29,826 nt of DNA. Source: a virus (taxonomy: Duplodnaviria > Caudoviricetes). Shown here in pieces: positions 19,872 to 28,107 of the stretch (position 1 is the stretch's first letter; each line of letters starts with the position of its first letter). Position numbers and translations under genes: made by a program. The stretch lies in the IMG/VR virus record IMGVR_UViG_3300026026_000059, positions 1-29,826 of that record; one strand, given 5' to 3'. The notes below the pieces were generated by a model. It worked only from the letters and a program-made list of their open reading frames with translations, was not told the origin of the DNA and ran no database searches.

Positions 19872-19924
19872 TATACTCTCCGGAATATCAGGAAGGCTAA
19901 AATTTAACATAAAGAAAGGATTGT

Positions 19925-20263
19925 ATGAAAAAGCTGCTGTTCTTCATTGTTTTATCTTTTGGGTTGTTTTCGGCACCGACTGCGCAGGATTTCGGCACCA
20001 TTTCTCCGGATACTCTTGATCCCCAACATTCAGTAGTCGTGCCCCCTACCCTTAACGGTATATTTTTTGAACGCACCTACGAAGGAGACTCCGTAGTGAA
20101 AAAGAATGATCGATACACGCTTAAATTCAATGTCAATCGTCAGGGTGGGACAGATTTCGATTCGATAAAGTTTGTTTACAAACCGAAAACGAATATGATC
20201 GACACCCTGAATAATCACAGAGGATATATCTGGAGAATACGTTTCGAACTGCTTCCGAGGTAA
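19925..20263 (+). CDS. Secreted hypothetical protein
   Basis: AAGGA RBS; signal peptide MKKLLFFIVLSFGLFSA. Confidence 0.65.
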   Translation: MKKLLFFIVLSFGLFSAPTAQDFGTISPDTLDPQHSVVVPPTLNGIFFERTYEGDSVVKKNDRYTLKFNVNRQGGTDFDSIKFVYKPKTNMIDTLNNHRGYIWRIRFELLPR

Positions 20264-20266
20264 CAG

Positions 20267-22102
20267 ATGAAAAAACTTTTTTTGTTGTTGGCTATTCCGT
20301 TTGTTTTGCGCGCTGCAGACACCACAGGAACTTGGAATAGTGCCGGGGGGAACCGAATGGATTCCCTCGCCGCCTATTCCTGGAGCCCGGCAACCCCGAG
20401 CGGTTTCACCGGTGATGTAGTCCTTGTATTTTCATCCGGGTCCGTAGCCGCGACCTCCGGCGGCAATTTGAGCGTAAAATCAGTGACAACCAGTTCCGGA
20501 TATTCTGGAGCGTGGTCTATGGGAACTTATACCTTGACTACTAATGGTAACGCCTATTTTGACGGAACTGGGGCACTTACCTTTGGAAATGCGGTAACGG
20601 TAAACGGTGCGTCATCGACTTTTCATATCGGTTCAGGCATTGGAACATTATCAGCATCTTCTTGTAATGTGACGATAACCGGAACAACGTCGGCGACGCT
20701 CGACAATGATAAAGGAGGAGTTCCTACTTTTGCATCACTATCCATAGGGGCAAGCGCAAAAGTGACAAATACCTCGGGAGCGAGAACAATTCTGTACGGG
20801 GCAACCACTCCTTTAACAATAGGAACCAATGCTCAATTTACAAATACCATTAGGCTTGACGACGTTATTACTGGATCAGGATATTTTATTAAATTCGGAA
20901 CATCTGCAACCTTTTCCAATTCGTCAGAGTTCTATTATTATATAGGAGGTAGTAGCATTATTGACTCAATCCCTGCTATTACGATAAGTGGATCGGGAAG
21001 TATCTCTATTAAAGATTGGACGCCGCTTACCGGATGGACTGTTGTTTTAAATGGTAACATAATTACTTCAAATGATTTGAATATAACTACCCATAATGCC
21101 GCTTCGACCGGGACGTTTAATTTTAATAATAAAAACGTGACTTGTGGCAACCTGAATACAGGAATAGCAAATGCAAGCAACACGGGTATTTTTAATTTTG
21201 GAAATGGAACATTTACCATTTATGAATTGACAGGTACATTTAATGCCGCTGGAACAATAAGAGATAGCCTGAAAAATTCTACTTGGAACTGTTCACATAA
21301 CTGGACTTATGGTTCTAACCATAAGATATACCCAGGAGGTTCTACGGTGAATTTCACCGGGGCAACGAAATCGATCGTTACGGCAATAGATACTATTCAT
21401 TCTTTTTACAACGTAAATGTAAACAAATCATCGGCAGCAGTATGCACGCTATCTGGCACCACTCGATTAAAATGTTATGGGGAATTCAAAGCGACTGCTG
21501 GCAAGGTTTATCTTCCCTGTTCGTTGTCGTGTTACAGTTACACTAATTTGACTACAGACACTTTGAGTAACCCAAAACCGAAATATATTCAAACGTCGTT
21601 TTATCGATCATCTACCGCTGTTAAAAGCGATACATCATCCACATATTTTACTGATGCCGTGAGTCATGACATACATTCGGATACCAGTTATACCTTGTCC
21701 AGATTTGTGATACAACAAGGAACTGCAAACTGGCAAACGGGAGCCAAGATTTTACGGTATTATCTTCCGATAGCCTCGAAATCGACGCATATATCCGGAG
21801 AACTGTTCGAGATAGATTCCGCTTGGGATATTGAGGGGACTTTGGGTAATCTGGATACCTTGGTAAGTTCTACGCCTGGATCAAGGTTTATTTTGCGGTT
21901 GAGTGTGGACGATACATTAAGATATATTGCGTTTAAAGACTGTTCTTCAAAGACTGCAATTTTATGCGATTCATGCGCTGATCTTGGCAACAATATCAAC
22001 ATCACATTTACAAATAAGTTGATCAATCCCTCAAATTCAAATTTCAGAAGTTCCGGATTTCGCTTCGGATGGCGCCGGGGATTTTACGGAGTATGGCGTT
22101 AA
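20267..22102 (+). CDS. Secreted beta-solenoid/adhesin-like protein (possible receptor-binding protein)
   Basis: Signal peptide MKKLFLLLAIPFVLRA; T/S/G/N-rich beta-helix-like repeats; Arg/aromatic C-terminal tail. Confidence 0.6.
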   Translation: MKKLFLLLAIPFVLRAADTTGTWNSAGGNRMDSLAAYSWSPATPSGFTGDVVLVFSSGSVAATSGGNLSVKSVTTSSGYSGAWSMGTYTLTTNGNAYFDGTGALTFGNAVTVNGASSTFHIGSGIGTLSASSCNVTITGTTSATLDNDKGGVPTFASLSIGASAKVTNTSGARTILYGATTPLTIGTNAQFTNTIRLDDVITGSGYFIKFGTSATFSNSSEFYYYIGGSSIIDSIPAITISGSGSISIKDWTPLTGWTVVLNGNIITSNDLNITTHNAASTGTFNFNNKNVTCGNLNTGIANASNTGIFNFGNGTFTIYELTGTFNAAGTIRDSLKNSTWNCSHNWTYGSNHKIYPGGSTVNFTGATKSIVTAIDTIHSFYNVNVNKSSAAVCTLSGTTRLKCYGEFKATAGKVYLPCSLSCYSYTNLTTDTLSNPKPKYIQTSFYRSSTAVKSDTSSTYFTDAVSHDIHSDTSYTLSRFVIQQGTANWQTGAKILRYYLPIASKSTHISGELFEIDSAWDIEGTLGNLDTLVSSTPGSRFILRLSVDDTLRYIAFKDCSSKTAILCDSCADLGNNINITFTNKLINPSNSNFRSSGFRFGWRRGFYGVWR

Positions 22103-22107
22103 AGATT

Positions 22108-22353
22108 TTATCCACCTATTCCTACCACCTCAAGCGAACGTATCCGCGGCCAATACGACTTCATATTCTTGGGTCCTACCCGTACGTTTACAATATACGA
22201 TTCGTGATTTCGTTCCATTCCCGCTCCTATAATGCTGGTCTGTGGTAAAGTCCCCGCGGGAACCACTTCGACAACCTCACCCGTTTTCTTTTTCCATAAT
22301 CCTCCTGCCTGACTTGTCCATCGAACCTTTGTTCCAACAATTATTTTTTTCAT
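22108..22353 (-). CDS. Hypothetical protein (SH3/KOW-like)
   Basis: AGGA RBS; 'VGTKVRW...GEVVEV' pattern. Confidence 0.6.
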   Translation of the reverse strand: MKKIIVGTKVRWTSQAGGLWKKKTGEVVEVVPAGTLPQTSIIGAGMERNHESYIVNVRVGPKNMKSYWPRIRSLEVVGIGG

Positions 22354-22369
22354 ACTTGGTCCTTTCCTG

Positions 22370-22840
22370 TTATTTTATTCTAAATATGCCATACCAACTT
22401 TCATTTGTTAAAGCCAAGATTGCCGCGTCCCGCGCATGACTCGATATCCGTCCCTCGTATTTAAAAACTGACCTCCAATATAATTCCGACCACTTCGTCG
22501 TTCCGCGCGTCGGCTGCTGTTTCTTCACCTTCACCCCGAACGATTCCAGTTTCTCGACGAGTTGTTTCGCGCATTGCCGGTTCTCGCCCGCATTGATGAG
22601 AATCTTCTGCTTCACACGTTCTCCGATAGGATTTCCTCTTTTGTCCGTCCAGTGCCTTGCATAAAACAGCGACTCGCTCGGCATCTCGACAATGGCGTGT
22701 TCGAAGTGGTAGATGCAATGCAGCTTTTCAATCGCTTCCATTGCTTTCGCAATAGTCATTGTCTTTTGATAAAGTATTTTACCTTTGTCAAGAATACAAA
22801 GTGCTGTCGTCGAGGAGCCCGCATCGATACCGAGAATCAT
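22370..22840 (-). CDS. RuvC-like Holliday junction resolvase
   Basis: MILGIDAG (catalytic D), 'IVEMP' (E) and 'HARDAA' (D) RNase H-fold motifs. Confidence 0.8.
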   Translation of the reverse strand: MILGIDAGSSTTALCILDKGKILYQKTMTIAKAMEAIEKLHCIYHFEHAIVEMPSESLFYARHWTDKRGNPIGERVKQKILINAGENRQCAKQLVEKLESFGVKVKKQQPTRGTTKWSELYWRSVFKYEGRISSHARDAAILALTNESWYGIFRIK

Positions 22841-23391
22841 ACTTTATCTTTCTTTAACATCGGCATTATTATCCCATCTCCACCATCAAATTTAAATGGA
22901 ATTGCAGTCCTACCGATGACAGAATCGGGAGATATTTGAGGATTTGGAAGTTTGTGTATAATATCCAAATGTAAACATGAAAGCAATTTGGTTCCCATAA
23001 GTATGCTTTCCTGTTTAAATATATATCCCGTTCCTTTGCACGTATCGCATGATTCTTTTACGTGTCCTCCGGTTTGGCACACAGGGCATCCGCATGAAAA
23101 ATATTTTCCTTTGCCTTTACATACATCACAGTCATTATATCCAACCTCTTTTTCGATATCGGGAACATCCATCCATCCCCTTTCGGGGAGTGTATTAAAC
23201 CAAATATCATTCATATTCGGAACCAATTCTTTATGGTTATACTTTTTTATCAGCGGCACCCTTATTGCAATGTATCCGTTTGTTGCATATGTAAAATTAC
23301 CGTGATTGAACGGCTTGCATATCACGGGATGTATATCTTGGGTAGCACAAAACATCATCAATATTTTATCAACATCTGTTATTGACATCAT
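22837..23391 (-). CDS. Protein with DnaJ-type CxxCxGxG zinc finger inside a beta-clamp-like frame
   Basis: Start reassigned to ATG 23391 (GAAGGAG RBS); 'YATNGYIAIRV', CDVCKGKG/CPVC/CDTCKGTG and C-terminal 'GIIMPM'. Confidence 0.6.
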   Translation of the reverse strand: MMSITDVDKILMMFCATQDIHPVICKPFNHGNFTYATNGYIAIRVPLIKKYNHKELVPNMNDIWFNTLPERGWMDVPDIEKEVGYNDCDVCKGKGKYFSCGCPVCQTGGHVKESCDTCKGTGYIFKQESILMGTKLLSCLHLDIIHKLPNPQISPDSVIGRTAIPFKFDGGDGIIMPMLKKDKV

Positions 23392-23410
23392 TTCTCCTTC
23401 AACCAAAACT

Positions 23411-23605
23411 TCAAACGAAATCCGGTTTCCTTCCATGTGGTTTTTTGACGCCGTAATTTCCGTGATCGGTTCCCTTGATGTTTGTATTATATTTACGAGC
23501 CGGTTTAAACATTGGCTTTCCATCATGCTCATTGTAACAGGCAACACATTTTTTGCTTATCCAACAATTGGGACTAAAAGATTGACAATTTGCACATAAT
23601 GACAT
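23411..23605 (-). CDS. Small Cys-rich hypothetical protein
   Basis: MSLCANC...C...C..C after a GAGGGG RBS. Confidence 0.5.
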   Translation of the reverse strand: MSLCANCQSFSPNCWISKKCVACYNEHDGKPMFKPARKYNTNIKGTDHGNYGVKKPHGRKPDFV

Positions 23606-23670
23606 ATTATTCACCCCTCTATAAATGTTTTCGCGCAAATTTATTGACGATACCGGTTAGGCAACCGGCT

Positions 23671-24033
23671 TCAGGCATTGCAGAAGTGCTGCCATAGCCT
23701 ATTATGACAAAGTATTCCGTCGCGGACTAATGAACATCCATAACTTACAGTACAACGACCTCCGGTACACGATGACGGAATCGGTGTAGTTGCCTTCTCC
23801 TCCGTATTGTTGTCTATTGTTCGTCCACTTCGACAACCATCTGCGGCGCTCTGCTGGAAATAGCCAGAGCATAAGCAGACTCCATACTGTGTCAATGTGC
23901 AATTCTGCTTACTATCCCAATCCCGAGAAAACCCAGCCGGAATATCGTTGTGCGTAATGTGCTGATTAGTACATTTCCCGTCGATATTCCAATAGCAATC
24001 GTTGACACCTGATTCCTTTTTTATTCCATGCAT
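23671..24033 (-). CDS. Cys-rich hypothetical protein (decayed cassette gene)
   Basis: 120 aa ORF whose C-terminal part runs through a degenerate attC-like remnant. Confidence 0.55.
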   Translation of the reverse strand: MHGIKKESGVNDCYWNIDGKCTNQHITHNDIPAGFSRDWDSKQNCTLTQYGVCLCSGYFQQSAADGCRSGRTIDNNTEEKATTPIPSSCTGGRCTVSYGCSLVRDGILCHNRLWQHFCNA

Positions 24034-24049
24034 AAATATATCCTATAAT

Positions 24050-24421
24050 TTACTCCTTGTCCAATTTAGAATCACAGCGTCCATCAAAATGTGTTCGCGG
24101 ATATGCGAAGTGCCGTTTGATAATATCGATAATTTTACGACCATGAACAGAATCACTTGAGTAATGAATAAACTTCAAAACTTCATCGGAGCATTTGGTT
24201 GGAGAATGCGCACTGTTAAATTTTTCTTCTTCTACGGCTCGACACCGAAGTGCGCAAAGAAGAAAATCAGCCAGTTTGAATTGTTCAACTATTTCGTCAC
24301 GATACCGATCTTCCTGACCGTTATACTTCGTAACTTGCGGAAAGAAAAATAAAAATCCACTTAAGTCACGAATCCCATATGGTTTATTATTCTTGTAAAT
24401 AACTTCTAACTTCACATGCAT
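24050..24421 (-). CDS. Hypothetical protein (decayed cassette gene)
   Basis: Likely start MHVKLEV after GGAG; C-terminus passes through an attC-like remnant. Confidence 0.55.
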   Translation of the reverse strand: MHVKLEVIYKNNKPYGIRDLSGFLFFFPQVTKYNGQEDRYRDEIVEQFKLADFLLCALRCRAVEEEKFNSAHSPTKCSDEVLKFIHYSSDSVHGRKIIDIIKRHFAYPRTHFDGRCDSKLDKE

Positions 24422-24471
24422 TAGTTCCGCTCCGCAAGTTCTGGCAGCCGCTCCGCGCATAGGACGTGCAC

Positions 24472-25161
24472 TCATGGCTTGAGTCTTGCAAGATTATGTT
24501 TTTCGCGTAATTCAATACCGTATTCTTTCAGCTTGTCAACCAGGGCCATGATCTTTTCTACCGTTGGCTCTGGCAGATTGTGGTTCTTGCTATCGGCCCC
24601 AAGATTAAGAAACTTTGGTCGTATTCTGTCAATCCACGAAGCAAGAGCATCAACATCGAAATCCATAACCGGCTCGATGGTTACAAATTTATCAACAGCT
24701 TTCATATTGTCTGCACATATGGCTTTCATTCTGGAGAACGTCTGTGGTGCTCTAGAAATCGATTCTGGAATATCGCGGTTGGTTTCTATCGTCGTTCCAA
24801 AAATCAGTTTGGATTCTGGAAAATTGAAATCCTGAAATCGGCCAGGATTCTTTGACTGAAATACATAGGTATTGTCTGGCCATTTTTGGCAATGATCCAA
24901 TACCATTTGAATCATTGCGGCCGGAACATGCTCGGCAAAAAGGTCATTCATATGCTCCTTGAAAATAACGTTGCCAGAACCAAGATGTACCTTGGTCTCA
25001 TTATCAATCAGCCGCACCTCTCCACAATAGCGCGGCGCACGTCCCCATCGCGGATTATTAACATAGCAGTATTTGCATTTGTGCTCGCACTCTCCGCCAA
25101 GTTCTGCATGCATGTGTGTTACCCATGGGTACATATTTCCGGTTGCTTTTGCTAATGGCAT
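24472..25161 (-). CDS. Radical SAM protein (phage Gp37/Gp68, DUF5131-like)
   Basis: CxxxCxxC motif CEHKCKYC, plus 'DLF', 'SKNP', 'GTTIE' and 'TIEP'; start MPLAK after GGAG. Confidence 0.8.
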   Translation of the reverse strand: MPLAKATGNMYPWVTHMHAELGGECEHKCKYCYVNNPRWGRAPRYCGEVRLIDNETKVHLGSGNVIFKEHMNDLFAEHVPAAMIQMVLDHCQKWPDNTYVFQSKNPGRFQDFNFPESKLIFGTTIETNRDIPESISRAPQTFSRMKAICADNMKAVDKFVTIEPVMDFDVDALASWIDRIRPKFLNLGADSKNHNLPEPTVEKIMALVDKLKEYGIELREKHNLARLKP

Positions 25162-25218
25162 TTCGTTTTCTCCTGCGGCCACGATGGGAGTTCTTGCGGA
25201 TGCCCTATAATTCAGATT

Positions 25219-25476
25219 TTACGAGCAGCATTTCTTACAACGTTTGACGCTACCGTCCGTCCGTTCCTTAATTTCCTCCGCCTCCATTCCGAGAATTATT
25301 TTACCATTCTTGCGATATGCGGTAAGGTTAATACAATCCAGATGAATTTGTAAAGCTTCACAAATATTGCCATCCTCTGTTCCATGAATTGCGACTAATA
25401 CAGGCGGCTTATCGTCCACCGTTCCACAAATAGGGCACGGTGCGCCAGATTGATTAAAATGCTCGAAAGTTCTCAT
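25219..25476 (-). CDS. Small zinc-binding hypothetical protein
   Basis: MRTFEHF start with AAGGGG RBS; CPIC...HLDC. Confidence 0.65.
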   Translation of the reverse strand: MRTFEHFNQSGAPCPICGTVDDKPPVLVAIHGTEDGNICEALQIHLDCINLTAYRKNGKIILGMEAEEIKERTDGSVKRCKKCCS

Positions 25477-25530
25477 ATTTTCCCCTTCTTGGCTGCGGCT
25501 ATAATATATGGTTTTCATTTGCCATAGTGC

Positions 25531-25671
25531 ACCTATCGTGCTCACAAATGTGTGCAGTGCTGGCGGCTCCCGATGAAAGGAATGCCCCCTGAGTAATCGC
25601 GGCAGTTACTTAAGCCACACCGTACTTGCTCAATGGTATACCGCCAGCATTGAACACTTTGCGCGTTGCGT
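25531..25671 (+). repeat. attC-like site A (left core mutated, ACCTATC)
   Basis: gtgct-cacaaatgtgtgcagtgctggcgg ... ccgccagcattgaacactttgcg-c-GTTGCGT; arms resemble site H. Confidence 0.65.
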
Positions 25672-25699
25672 ACTGCGGCTGTTAGTTGTATGTTTGCGG

Positions 25700-25933
25700 C
25701 TACTCCGCATTACCTTTCGTTTCCGACAATGTAACGGAACCGAAAAAATCCTCGAACGCATTCTCAACCCAAGAACAAGAATGTTCTCCACGACTATAAG
25801 GTGACTGCCCTGGATCAATAACGGTGCCGGTAAAAGGTCTGGTAAATAGTACAACCTGAGAAAGTTTGGTGAAAATCTTAAGCCTCGGATATTTCTGCTG
25901 ATCCGATTCACGACACACTGTTACTTTAAGCAT
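25700..25933 (-). CDS. Cassette-borne hypothetical protein
   Basis: AAGGAG RBS; flanked by GTTAGTT (25681) and AGCTAAC (25986). Confidence 0.7.
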   Translation of the reverse strand: MLKVTVCRESDQQKYPRLKIFTKLSQVVLFTRPFTGTVIDPGQSPYSRGEHSCSWVENAFEDFFGSVTLSETKGNAE

Positions 25934-25985
25934 AAAAGACTCCTTTTCTTATAAACGAACTATAATATGGTCAGCCGCAAATTGT

Positions 25986-26121
25986 AGCTAACGTCTATGC
26001 CACCACTTGCCGTGGCCGGAACATACACGGAAACCTGTTGTTGCATGACATTTTGTATACCCATACACAATCGGCCAGGGCGGGCATCCAGTGAGGGCAT
26101 GGCAAGCTGGCGTTGTTGGTG
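25986..26121 (+). repeat. attC-like site B
   Basis: AGCTAAC ... tgccaccacttgcc ... ggcaagctggcg ... GTTGGTG. Confidence 0.65.
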
Positions 26122-26148
26122 GATGCGGAAGGAGCGGATTCCACCAGT

Positions 26149-26196
26149 ACTGAACGTGTTGTGCAATGCGTGGCGTTTCCAATGCCATTCTTATAC
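26149..26196 (+). repeat. Degenerate attC-like site C
   Basis: ACTGAAC-gtgtt ... tggcg/tgcca hairpin ... CTTATAC; right arm truncated. Confidence 0.4.
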
Positions 26197-26391
26197 ACTT
26201 TTGGTCAACTTTCCTACAGGCTCTTTTTTGGCCCGTATTGTTTTGGCGCAGGACGCGCCTCGTTGATTTATCCACTCCTGCAACGCCAAGCGCACCTGAC
26301 CTGCAAAAGTGCGCTGCTCGGACTCTGAAATGATTTCGAGCTTTTTCTTGATCTCGGTTTCAATCCTGATTTTTATTACCTCGTTTTTCAT
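26191..26391 (-). CDS. Arc/ribbon-helix-helix DNA-binding protein (copy 1)
   Basis: 'VIKIRIETEIKKKLEIISESEQRTFAGQVRLAL' matches the Arc-like RHH pattern. Confidence 0.8.
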   Translation of the reverse strand: MKNEVIKIRIETEIKKKLEIISESEQRTFAGQVRLALQEWINQRGASCAKTIRAKKEPVGKLTKSV

Positions 26392-26432
26392 AAATTTTCC
26401 ATGTGGTTACTGTTCTGTTTATCTATATATTA

Positions 26433-26462
26433 AATATAACCACAAAACACAACCAAAGTCAA
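26433..26462 (-). promoter_or_regulatory. Sigma70-type promoter of RHH cassette 1
   Basis: TTGACT-18 nt-TATATT on the - strand; near-identical to the promoter at 29588-29616. Confidence 0.7.
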
Positions 26463-26544
26463 CAATTATTTTCATTTTCTTGCCCGGCATGACTCCGGGC
26501 TGTCCTGCCGCCGCTCTATAATTTCCAAAAACGGCCAGCATTGC

Positions 26545-26686
26545 AAACAACGTGCTCTCAATATACGCTGGAAAGAGGGCTTACCCACGCCCAGAAATAA
26601 ACCTATCTTGCGCATTTTACCTTTCGGTAAGGCGTCACTTTTTTCATTGCGCTGCCCTCTTTCTTGCGTATATTGTCGTGTTGTAT
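26545..26686 (+). repeat. attC-like site D
   Basis: AAACAAC-gtgct-ctcaatatacgctggaaagagggc ... gccctctttcttgcgtatattgtcg-t-GTTGTAT. Confidence 0.8.
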
Positions 26687-26776
26687 ATTGTTTGACAAGA
26701 CTTCCGCATTATCACGCGCGGCATCCATAGCTTCGTAATGAATAAAAATTTCTTCCAGTTCATAATTAAACTTCAT
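26603..26776 (-). CDS. Small cassette ORF (start uncertain)
   Basis: MKFNYELEE...; reads into the loop of site D. Confidence 0.4.
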   Translation of the reverse strand: MKFNYELEEIFIHYEAMDAARDNAEVLSNNIQHDNIRKKEGSAMKKVTPYRKVKCAR

Positions 26777-26829
26777 ATCAAATTTCTGTTTATTGCCGCG
26801 CCTACAATCCCTAGAATTTTCCACATTTC

Positions 26830-26965
26830 CTCCAACGTCTTGCTAAACGGCGGATAGTTGCCGCAGCTTGACGTACTGCTGATAACTGATAACACATATG
26901 CCCCCACGAGTATTAACAAACGCATCATTAAGAACAGAGGCAATTTCAGCCTTTAGCTGTTGGCT
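26830..26965 (+). repeat. attC-like site E
   Basis: CTCCAAC-gtctt-gctaaa[c]ggcggatagttgc ... gcaatttcagcctttagc-t-GTTGGCT. Confidence 0.8.
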
Positions 26966-27076
26966 GTATGTTGCGGGCGACTCCCCTTGTTCCGAGGCGC
27001 ACGGGGGATATGCAAACCTACCGTAAACCTCAAAACACGCTTGCTTTAAATCACAATTTACTTTATCGCACGGCAT
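26843..27076 (-). CDS. Small Cys-containing cassette protein
   Basis: MPCDKVNC after a GGAGG RBS; about half the ORF is encoded by site E. Confidence 0.6.
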   Translation of the reverse strand: MPCDKVNCDLKQACFEVYGRFAYPPCASEQGESPATYSQQLKAEIASVLNDAFVNTRGGICVISYQQYVKLRQLSAV

Positions 27077-27112
27077 AGCGCCTCCTATAATCGTGATCTC
27101 GCCCGCTATTTC

Positions 27113-27200
27113 CGGCAACGTTCACCGTACAGCCGAAGCTGGCGACTATAATTAACCTTCTACAGCTAACTTCGCCAGTTTTGGCTTGCGGCTGTTGTGT
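27113..27200 (+). repeat. attC-like site F
   Basis: CGGCAAC ... ccgta[c]agccgaagctggcga ... tcgccagttttggcttgcggc-t-GTTGTGT. Confidence 0.8.
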
Positions 27201-27403
27201 GATCGTTTGGCAACCTTCCGCTGTCTTTGGGGCGGCTTCGTGATGCACAGCGTATATGAGTCGGCGGAGTTCCTAATCATTTCGTACCTTGTAAACTTGC
27301 TTGGAGTCACCAACAACTCTAAAAACGCCTTTTCGGAGTCGTTATCTCCATCTAAATACAGGCATACAAAATCCTCGCCGACATCACCAATTGTACTTTC
27401 CAT
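27152..27403 (-). CDS. Cassette-borne hypothetical protein
   Basis: 83 aa with an AGGGG RBS; ends in the loop of site F. Confidence 0.6.
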   Translation of the reverse strand: MESTIGDVGEDFVCLYLDGDNDSEKAFLELLVTPSKFTRYEMIRNSADSYTLCITKPPQRQRKVAKRSHNSRKPKLAKLAVEG

Positions 27404-27439
27404 AGCCGCCCCTACAATTCAAAATGTTTACAAAATGTT

Positions 27440-27503
27440 ATACAACGTGTTGCGAAACGGTTGATCGTGCGGCTTTGCACATGTCAACCTTTCGCTGTTA
27501 TGG
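27440..27503 (+). repeat. attC-like site G
   Basis: ATACAAC-gtgtt-gcgaaa[c]ggttga ... tcaacctttcgc-t-GTTATGG; body nearly identical to site K. Confidence 0.85.
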
Positions 27504-27810
27504 GAAGTTTGGCCGATTCCATAGCTTCCAGTCGCGCCCACTTTCGTGATAAATCCAATGCTGATTTAGCACGATCGAGGCTTTTTTGCAACGATAATAC
27601 ATTAGCCTCGCACTTGGCTATAAGTGCATCGGAGGCACTTTCGATTGTGGCAAAGCAATCACACTTTCGCCAAGTTGACTCGCGTTTGCTCCATTCTGGG
27701 CTACCCCACGGCGACCACTCAAAAACCTTGTATTGCTTTGCCGTCTCAGAAGAAACTAAACCGCGAACCATTTCGATTGAACGGTAAGAACTTAACTTAT
27801 AAACAATCAC
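27484..27810 (-). CDS. Cassette-borne hypothetical protein
   Basis: GTG start with AAGGAG RBS; C-terminal coiled coil; stop codon inside site G. Confidence 0.7.
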   Translation of the reverse strand: MIVYKLSSYRSIEMVRGLVSSETAKQYKVFEWSPWGSPEWSKRESTWRKCDCFATIESASDALIAKCEANVLSLQKSLDRAKSALDLSRKWARLEAMESAKLPITAKG

Positions 27811-27861
27811 AAAAGCTCCTTTGAAATGCGCGACATATAATTTAGGACTCGGCCAAATTTT

Positions 27862-27996
27862 CTATAACGTGCTCGCAAATGTAAGTAGTGTCCGGGCACT
27901 CGTGAGTCACGATACGCCCACATTAAGTGCTTTACCGTGCGGCCACCTTAACGAGATCGGCACAGGCCCGGACATTGCTTACTTTGCGTGTTATTG
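27862..27996 (+). repeat. attC-like site H
   Basis: CTATAAC-gtgct-cgcaaa[t]gtaagtagtgtccgggc ... gcccggacattgcttactttgcg-t-GTTATTG. Confidence 0.85.
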
Positions 27997-28022
27997 GCAC
28001 GTAAATTTTTCTACCTTAGTGT

Positions 28023-28107
28023 AGTGCGCGGTTTGATTTGAACAAACACCTCTCGCTTTTGGGTACTTAAACCCTTGCCGAGCGTACTTCCGATATACGA
28101 CGCGCAC
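28023..28107 (-). ncRNA. tRNA-like RNA with expanded anticodon arm, sole cargo of a cassette
   Basis: GTGCGCG/CGCGCAC acceptor stem, T8, D arm GTAT-ATCGGAA-GTAC, stem CTCG/CGAG enclosing an oversized loop with a GGGT-TTAAGT-ACCC hairpin, variable loop AGGT and T arm GTTTG-TTCAAAT-CAAAC. Confidence 0.75.

Noticed and set aside
166-22026. Minus-strand ORFs within the structural operon (e.g. 166-909, 11726-12475, 10749-11213)
   Set aside because: These are antisense shadows of a tightly coupled + strand operon and show no recognisable motifs.
23392-23547. Extended N-terminus of ORF 22837-23547
   Set aside because: It uses a TTG start and overlaps another ORF, whereas a strong RBS precedes ATG 23391.
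25630-26328. ORF-track ORFs 25630-25911, 25960-26166, 25988-26275, 25995-26198, 25997-26266 and 26113-26328
   Set aside because: They lie mostly over attC-like hairpins or overlap better-supported genes, and lack clear RBSs.
28023-28107. Canonical tRNA with an assignable anticodon
   Set aside because: There is no 7-nt anticodon loop and no encoded CCA, so it is reported as a tRNA-like ncRNA only.
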